This document shows, one piece after another, positions 58,895 through 64,000 of a stretch of DNA of 64,000 bases. Origin of the DNA: Nitrosopumilus sp. (lineage in GTDB: Archaea > Thermoproteota > Nitrososphaeria > Nitrososphaerales > Nitrosopumilaceae); the NCBI GenBank assembly GCA_965205215.1, contig OZ242041.1, forward strand, positions 224,001-288,000, given 5' to 3'. Position 1 is the first letter of the stretch, and every line of letters starts with the position of its first letter. Under the pieces are notes generated by a model that was not told the origin of the DNA, did no database searches, and saw nothing but the letters and a program-made list of their open reading frames with translations. The position numbers were made by a program, and so were the translations under genes.

Positions 58895-59059
58895 ATGGCG
58901 TGCTTTTGCGGCTGCGAGACGTACGAGAAGAGCGAGGACGGGTTCAAGATTGCGTGCACGAAGTGCGGGCACGGGCCGCAGAACCACGACGACGAGTTTA
59001 GGGCCTCTGCAAGAAAGAACGAGTCCCAGAGCCAAAAGCGCGACGCGGACTTTGGGTGA
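58895..59059 (+). CDS. 54-aa Cys/His-rich small protein, missing from the ORF track
   Basis: MACFCGCETYEKSEDGFKIACTKCGHGPQNHDDEFRASARKNESQSQKRDADFG; GATATAA box ~25 bp upstream. Confidence 0.8.
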   Translation: MACFCGCETYEKSEDGFKIACTKCGHGPQNHDDEFRASARKNESQSQKRDADFG

Positions 59060-59482
59060 CTACTGCCCGATTATCTTGACGAGCACGCGCTTTTTGCGCC
59101 TCCCGTCAAACTCCCCGTAAAAGATCTGCTCCCACGGCCCAAAGTCCAGCTTGTTTCCGGTGATCGCCACCACCACCTCCCGTCCCATAACCTGGCGCTT
59201 CATGTGCGCGTCGGCATTGTCCTCCCCCGTCCCGGAGTTGTGCGCGTACCGCTCCACGGGCCCGTGCGGGGCCAGCCCCTCGAGCCACTTCTCATAGTCG
59301 CCCAGCAGCCCGTCCTCGTTGTCGTTTATGTAGACGCTGGCGGTGATGTGCATCGCGTTGACAAGGCAGAGCCCCTCCTGCACCCCGCTCTTTGCGACCA
59401 GCGACTCGACCTGCGGCGTGATGTTTACAAACGCCACGCGCGTCGGGGTCTCAAAGGTGAGGTGCTCTGTAAGGGACTTCAC
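59060..59482 (-). CDS. yjbQ: YjbQ (UPF0047) family protein; GTG start inferred
   Basis: NIT..V.......EGL...[31 protein letters not shown]. Confidence 0.92.
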   Translation of the reverse strand: MKSLTEHLTFETPTRVAFVNITPQVESLVAKSGVQEGLCLVNAMHITASVYINDNEDGLLGDYEKWLEGLAPHGPVERYAHNSGTGEDNADAHMKRQVMGREVVVAITGNKLDFGPWEQIFYGEFDGRRKKRVLVKIIGQ

Positions 59483-59515
59483 GGCCGCGCGGCGCGGCGC
59501 TCCCATTAAAAGTAT

Positions 59516-59598
59516 GGCAGGACTCCGAACTCAAGATCGTCATCATCCTTCCGCGGCCGTCGGCCGGGAATCAGAGGGATAGATTCGTCACTGCCTGC
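59516..59598 (-). ncRNA. C/D-box guide sRNA
   Basis: C GTGACGA - guide - D' CTGA - hairpin - C' ATGATGA - 12-nt guide - D CGGA; terminal stem GCAGG/CCTGC; own TTAAT promoter. Confidence 0.75.
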
Positions 59599-59786
59599 AC
59601 TGTGCCTGCCGCGCGCGAACTGATTAACCTTTCAATGCGGAGAGGGGGGGAAGAAGCGCGCCGGGGCCCGCCGCCGCGGGTGCGGACCGCTCGGCATGCG
59701 GCACCGTGCGGGCCAGGCTGCGGGGAGCGGGGCCGGAGTGTCCCTGAAAAAAGCTTGATAAAAGGGCCAGCTTCCAGTCCTGCAAA

Positions 59787-60227
59787 TTGGTTCGGATAGA
59801 GACGCCGGCGTCGCTTGAGAGTTTCAGAAAATTCGTCATATTCAGCACGTGCAGGTCGTACGCGCCGAGAAGCTATCTGGACGATCACGAGATATTTGCC
59901 GAGCGCGGCGAGTCAAGCGGCGAGATATACGTGGAGGCGGCGGACAAGGTCACGCTAAAAAAACTCAGGGACGTAACGTTCGTGAACGCGAGGGACGTGC
60001 TGGGCATCATATACAAGTCAAAGAGCGGAAACACCGACCTCAAGTGGCGCCAGCTTAGGCGGTTCAACGGCAAGGTCACCGGGGAGGCGTCATCAAACTC
60101 CCTGGCCAACCTCTCGGAGTCCGGCGTGATAACCATGGACTGGCTGAAAGACTACCTCAGGGAGAAGACGGGTGACGGCGGCGATGCGGCGGCGGCGGCA
60201 GCCTCAGGCCCGGCCGATACACCATAG
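59787..60227 (+). CDS. Hypothetical protein
   Basis: Long ORF with native codon style; TTGATAAA box ~25 bp upstream of the TTG start. Confidence 0.75.
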   Translation: MVRIETPASLESFRKFVIFSTCRSYAPRSYLDDHEIFAERGESSGEIYVEAADKVTLKKLRDVTFVNARDVLGIIYKSKSGNTDLKWRQLRRFNGKVTGEASSNSLANLSESGVITMDWLKDYLREKTGDGGDAAAAAASGPADTP

Positions 60228-60317
60228 CAAGGCGATGCTGCAGGCGTCCATGCATAGCATGCTGCCGACGCAATACCGTTATTATCAGACACGGGCATTG
60301 TCAGCAGGGACGCAAGC

Positions 60318-61445
60318 ATGATAGTCAAGAGAAAGGACGAGTCTGCACTTTCCGCAATCGCGGAGGACGCCGACGACCTGCTTGCGCTGCGCCGCGTGAT
60401 CAAGCGCGGCGACATGATAACGGGCTCCACGACCCGGGTGCTAAAGCGCGACAGGGATTACTCGCGGCCCGACCGCGGCGAGCGCGTCAGGATCACGGTC
60501 ACGATTATGGCAGAAAAGATCTCGCTTGACGGCACGATCGAGAGGCTGAGGGTAGGCGGAACCGTGCACGAGTCAAACAACGACTCTGTCCCGCACGGGA
60601 CGCACCACTCCATGACGGTAGCGGCCGGCGACGCCATCACCATCTCAAAGAGAGTCCAGAGGGCTGGAGGCGGGAAGGGCGGATGGACTAGGACGGAACA
60701 CAGGATACTCAAGAGCGGCGGTGGCGGGAAGGGCGGCAACTCGGCATTCATCCTAGTCGCAATGGACACCGCCGACTGCGGGGTGGCGCTCCTAAGGGGC
60801 ACGCACCTTGACGTCTCGCCCAACATGTACTCCGGCAGGGGCGGCAAGCGCTACAAGACGAGCCACAACATGGAGGACTTTTTCGGCCAGGTTGCGTCGG
60901 CCATAGACGCCGTTGCAAAGGAGGCGGCGCGCGGAGGCGGAGGGCAGGAATCCAGAACCGTGATACTGTTCGGCCCCGGAAACACGAAGAAGAGGTTTGC
61001 AAACTACATCGGCGGCGGGCAGCCAAGGGGTGGGCGCCCCGCATACGAGATTATAATGGTGGAGGGGATAGACTCCGGAGGCGAGGACGGAATACACGTA
61101 TTTGCAAAGTCGGAGGCTATGCGCGAGGCCATCTCAAGCAGCAAGCTGGCGCTCGTCTCGGGCATACTTGACAGGATAATCGGGCACGCGCACAAGAAGG
61201 TTCCAAGGTATGCAATGGGGTACGAGGAGACCCTTGCCGCGGCCAGGATGGGCGCAGTAGACTCGCTGATATTTGCCGACGGAGCCCTGCAGCAGTACGG
61301 TGACGAGCAGAAGGTGGTGGACCTTCTCAACATGGCCGAGGAGTCCGGGGCCGACGTGTACGGAGTGGACTCGTCGACGGACATAGGGCTGCGCGCGGCG
61401 GGGCTGGGCGGCATAGTGGCGCTGCTAAGATACGCGGTGGAATAA
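60318..61445 (+). CDS. pelA: mRNA surveillance protein pelota
   Basis: EDADDL..LRR.I..GD....TTR, RLRV.G, G.HHS, GPG..K, GLGGIVALLRY. Confidence 0.93.
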   Translation: MIVKRKDESALSAIAEDADDLLALRRVIKRGDMITGSTTRVLKRDRDYSRPDRGERVRITVTIMAEKISLDGTIERLRVGGTVHESNNDSVPHGTHHSMTVAAGDAITISKRVQRAGGGKGGWTRTEHRILKSGGGGKGGNSAFILVAMDTADCGVALLRGTHLDVSPNMYSGRGGKRYKTSHNMEDFFGQVASAIDAVAKEAARGGGGQESRTVILFGPGNTKKRFANYIGGGQPRGGRPAYEIIMVEGIDSGGEDGIHVFAKSEAMREAISSSKLALVSGILDRIIGHAHKKVPRYAMGYEETLAAARMGAVDSLIFADGALQQYGDEQKVVDLLNMAEESGADVYGVDSSTDIGLRAAGLGGIVALLRYAVE

Positions 61446-61527
61446 CGGCGGCGTCTCCCTTTCCCCTTTTCTCCCATCACCTACGGCATCGCACGGTGCG
61501 GACGCAAGTCTCAGAAACCGATTGCCG

Positions 61528-61935
61528 TCACGGGCCGTTGTCTCGGCCGCCACCAGGGGCGGTGGCGGCAGCGGCAGGAGAACTGGTCGAGGCGGCAAGC
61601 CAGCGCATGTACGGCCCGTTGATGTCAGACACGGCGATCTCCGCAACCTCCGGAACGTCGTACGGGTGCGTCGCGCCTATCCTCTCCTTTAGCTCCTCCT
61701 TTCTGTCCGACGTGGTCTTGAATATGGCGATGTGTTCGCGCTCGTCCTCTACCATCTTGCCCTCCCACGAATAGAACGAGGATATCTCAGATATGTTCAC
61801 GCAGGCCGCAAGTCCGGCCCCCACAAGAGCTGCCGCGGCGCCGGATGCAGCCGCCTTGTCCGGATATGTCGAGACTATTATCGCGGGTTCGGTTGCCGGT
61901 GTCGGTGGCGGTGCCGCTTCTGCTCCTGCTACCAT
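61528..61935 (-). CDS. cutA: Divalent-cation tolerance protein CutA
   Basis: LAACVNI....SFYSWEG, KT, HPYDVPE, Y..W; start uncertain. Confidence 0.92.
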   Translation of the reverse strand: MVAGAEAAPPPTPATEPAIIVSTYPDKAAASGAAAALVGAGLAACVNISEISSFYSWEGKMVEDEREHIAIFKTTSDRKEELKERIGATHPYDVPEVAEIAVSDINGPYMRWLAASTSSPAAAATAPGGGRDNGP

Positions 61936-62005
61936 GCCAGTCGCTTGCACGCCATGCATTATAAACAAAAGCTTAAAATCCCGTCCTCCAGCCGACACGA
62001 TCACA

Positions 62006-62740
62006 ATGGGTAAGAGGCCACTTGTAAGGAGAAGAGGCAGGGGAGGAAACCAGTTCAGGGCTTCCTTTACCGGCAAGGTGGGCGCAAGGGCAATCTATCC
62101 AAGGTTCAAGCTCGGCGACCAGCTGGAAGGCAGGGTCATTGACCTGGTCCACGAGCGCGGACGCGACGCGCCGCTCTCCAAGATAAGGTTCGGCGACGGC
62201 TCGGTATCGTTCGTGCCGGCCGTGCTGGGCACCAAGGTGGGCTCCATGGTGCAGTTCGGGCTAAAGTCGGACATTGCGGAGGGCAACGTGATCAGCGTCC
62301 AGAACATACCGGACGGCACCGTGGTGTGCAACATAGAAAAGCACTACGGCGACGGCGGGGCGATAGTAAAGTCGGCCGGCACGAACGCGACGATATTCTC
62401 CCACGGCGACGAGGGCGTGACGGTCAAGCTTCCCTCCGGCAAGTTCACCACGCTGAACCCAAAGAACCGCGCCATGATCGGGACGCTGGCGGGGGGCGGC
62501 GTGAGCGAGAGGCCGTTCATGAGCGCCGGCGGCAAGTGGCGAAAGTTCAGGTCAAAGGGCAAGAAATACCCCATAGTCCGCGGAGTGGCCCAGGCCGCAT
62601 ACGTGCACCCGCACGGGGGCGGAAGGCACCAGCACGTAGGACAGAGCTCCACCGTATCCAGGGACGCGCCCCCGGGGGCAAAGGTCGGAAGCATTGCTGC
62701 AAGGAAGACCGGAAGGGCCAGGATCAAGGAGAGGCGTTGA
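62006..62740 (+). CDS. rpl2: 50S ribosomal protein L2; start corrected to MGKRPLV
   Basis: RRRGRG, HERGR.AP, LPSG, VRGVA....HPHGGG, PPGAKVG.IAARKTG. Confidence 0.97.
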   Translation: MGKRPLVRRRGRGGNQFRASFTGKVGARAIYPRFKLGDQLEGRVIDLVHERGRDAPLSKIRFGDGSVSFVPAVLGTKVGSMVQFGLKSDIAEGNVISVQNIPDGTVVCNIEKHYGDGGAIVKSAGTNATIFSHGDEGVTVKLPSGKFTTLNPKNRAMIGTLAGGGVSERPFMSAGGKWRKFRSKGKKYPIVRGVAQAAYVHPHGGGRHQHVGQSSTVSRDAPPGAKVGSIAARKTGRARIKERR

Positions 62741-62853
62741 CAGCCACGGCATGGCAACGGTTGCAGCTGGCGGCCCGCGGTGCCGCGTTGTGACGCACCC
62801 ATCGCAGACGCAATGTCAAAACTGATTAATGGTCAGCCCGTCGGCCGTACAGA

Positions 62854-63135
62854 ATGGCAGACCGCCGGGTTCGAATCTTTGTCACGGGCCGCGTGCAGGG
62901 CGTCTTTTTCCGCCAGGCGCTCAAGGTAACGGCAAAGAAGAACAACATACTTGGATGGGTTAGGAACCTCAAGGACGGCCGCGTAGAGGCCGTGCTTGAG
63001 GGGGACGAGGAGGCGCTCGGCCGCGTTATAGAGTGGGCGCATGCGGGGCCGGCAAACGCCAGGGTGGAAGACGTGGAGATCCGCAACGAGGAGGCGCTCG
63101 GCGAGTTCCAGTCATTTGACGTAAGGTACCCGTGA
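62854..63135 (+). CDS. acyP: Acylphosphatase
   Basis: GRVQGVFFR, GWVRN..DGRVE, GP..ARVE. Confidence 0.96.
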   Translation: MADRRVRIFVTGRVQGVFFRQALKVTAKKNNILGWVRNLKDGRVEAVLEGDEEALGRVIEWAHAGPANARVEDVEIRNEEALGEFQSFDVRYP

Positions 63136-63194
63136 CGGCGGGGCCGCGGCGTGGCGTCGACACGCGCAGGAACCGGTGACGCGCGGACGCGCGG

Positions 63195-63545
63195 TCAGCG
63201 CACCGAATCGTACGCGGCCGCAATCGCGTCCCTGATCTCCTGGGAGGGGCCGTTCCGGTCCATCCGAACCGTCCGTATCGGATCCCGCCATCCGGTGCGT
63301 ATCTTGATCGTGACCGTTCCGGGGTCATCATCGGAGGGCTTGGCGTCTGCGAACCACCTGGTGTTCATGGACTTGCAGAATACAACGCGGTGGGGCCTGA
63401 CATCCTCTATCACGTTGCCGCCAAGCGACATGCAGAACTGCCGGAGCGCGCCAAACGCCGGGCGCATCTCAGCTGGCAGCTGGCTTTTCTGAAACCCGTC
63501 ATAGCTGCGGGAACTTGCTCCCCCTCCCGAAGGCATCATGTCCAT
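63195..63545 (-). CDS. Hypothetical protein (DUF5655/YjbR-like fold possible); start corrected to MDMMPS
   Basis: R.FC.SLG.NVIEDVRPHRVVFCKS...RWFAD; the track's N-terminal extension overlaps the SRP RNA. Confidence 0.7.
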   Translation of the reverse strand: MDMMPSGGGASSRSYDGFQKSQLPAEMRPAFGALRQFCMSLGGNVIEDVRPHRVVFCKSMNTRWFADAKPSDDDPGTVTIKIRTGWRDPIRTVRMDRNGPSQEIRDAIAAAYDSVR

Positions 63546-63575
63546 GCTACGCGCTGCGCGTGCGGTTCTAATTAA

Positions 63576-63891
63576 GGTAGCAGCCCTGCCGGCTCCAGTC
63601 CAGACAGGCGGCCCCATCTCGAGGCGTACAAGATCCGCCACGTTGACGGGGAAGCGTGGAAGCTCCACCTTAGGATTGCTCCCTCCCGGACCTAGTCCCT
63701 TTCGGTGGCTCAGGCTTGGAAGCCGTCCCTTCGAACGGTTCCAGCCTTGCAACCACCCGCCCCGGCGTGATTTCATTTCCGCACGCCAAGCGGGAACCGC
63801 CCATCGGGAGATTTACCCAGCAGTTACTGATCTCTGCGTATAGCCGGTTTCAGAACGGGGCACGGCTGGCACCCCAATCCTCCCTGCTACC
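63576..63891 (-). ncRNA. Archaeal SRP (7S) RNA
   Basis: Helix-8 motif CTAGGTCCGGGAGGGAGCAATCCTAAG; terminal helix GGTAGCAG/CTGCTACC; ~316 nt; AAATATAG promoter upstream. Confidence 0.92.
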
Positions 63892-64000
63892 AACGTACGG
63901 TGGCCGAAGTTCTATATTTGCATTAAGATCGCGGGACGGCAGAAGTCCTACACTAGGCGGCGGGCGGACGCCTGCTAGCGGCGGATGCGGCCCAGCCTGG

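Noticed and set aside
63546-63776. N-terminal extension of the 193-aa track ORF
   Set aside because: It overlaps the SRP RNA gene; the real start is near 63545

Overview
This is archaeal DNA, most consistent with a GC-rich ammonia-oxidising archaeon (Nitrososphaerota, Nitrosopumilaceae-like). The evidence is PEFG-CTERM and CFI-box-CTERM tails, IPxWIKxNAGWWA repeats, the Amt type and a split A-type ATP synthase locus. Core genes flank the window: rps19e, rnp4, nep1, class II RNR, thiolase/DUF35, pyrB/pyrI, atpK/D/B/A/E/I/C, amt, pelota, rpl2, tRNA-Gly and SRP RNA. Between them lies a ~29 kb (14-43.4 kb) block of exported and metal-handling genes: a CopC-CopD-propeller fusion, a blue-copper protein, two ZnuA paralogs plus ZnuBC, a NikR-like regulator, a MoxR/DUF58/VWA module and four paralogs of an uncharacterised exported domain. 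Most notable: (1) a wHTH + ATP-cone + catalytically dead class III RNR fusion directly upstream of nrdJ, a candidate nucleotide-sensing regulator; (2) a family of exported proteins with predicted His1 termini, an invariant HxE/VHF domain and different C-terminal anchors; (3) six metal-related genes carrying in-frame tandem repeats that encode His/Met/Asp polymers; (4) a His/Met heptad helical domain; (5) a C/D-box guide RNA whose guide fits C34 of tRNA-Leu(CAA); (6) several real genes missing from the ORF track. All calls were made by eye with no database searches. Start codons were often adjusted using likely TATA spacing.
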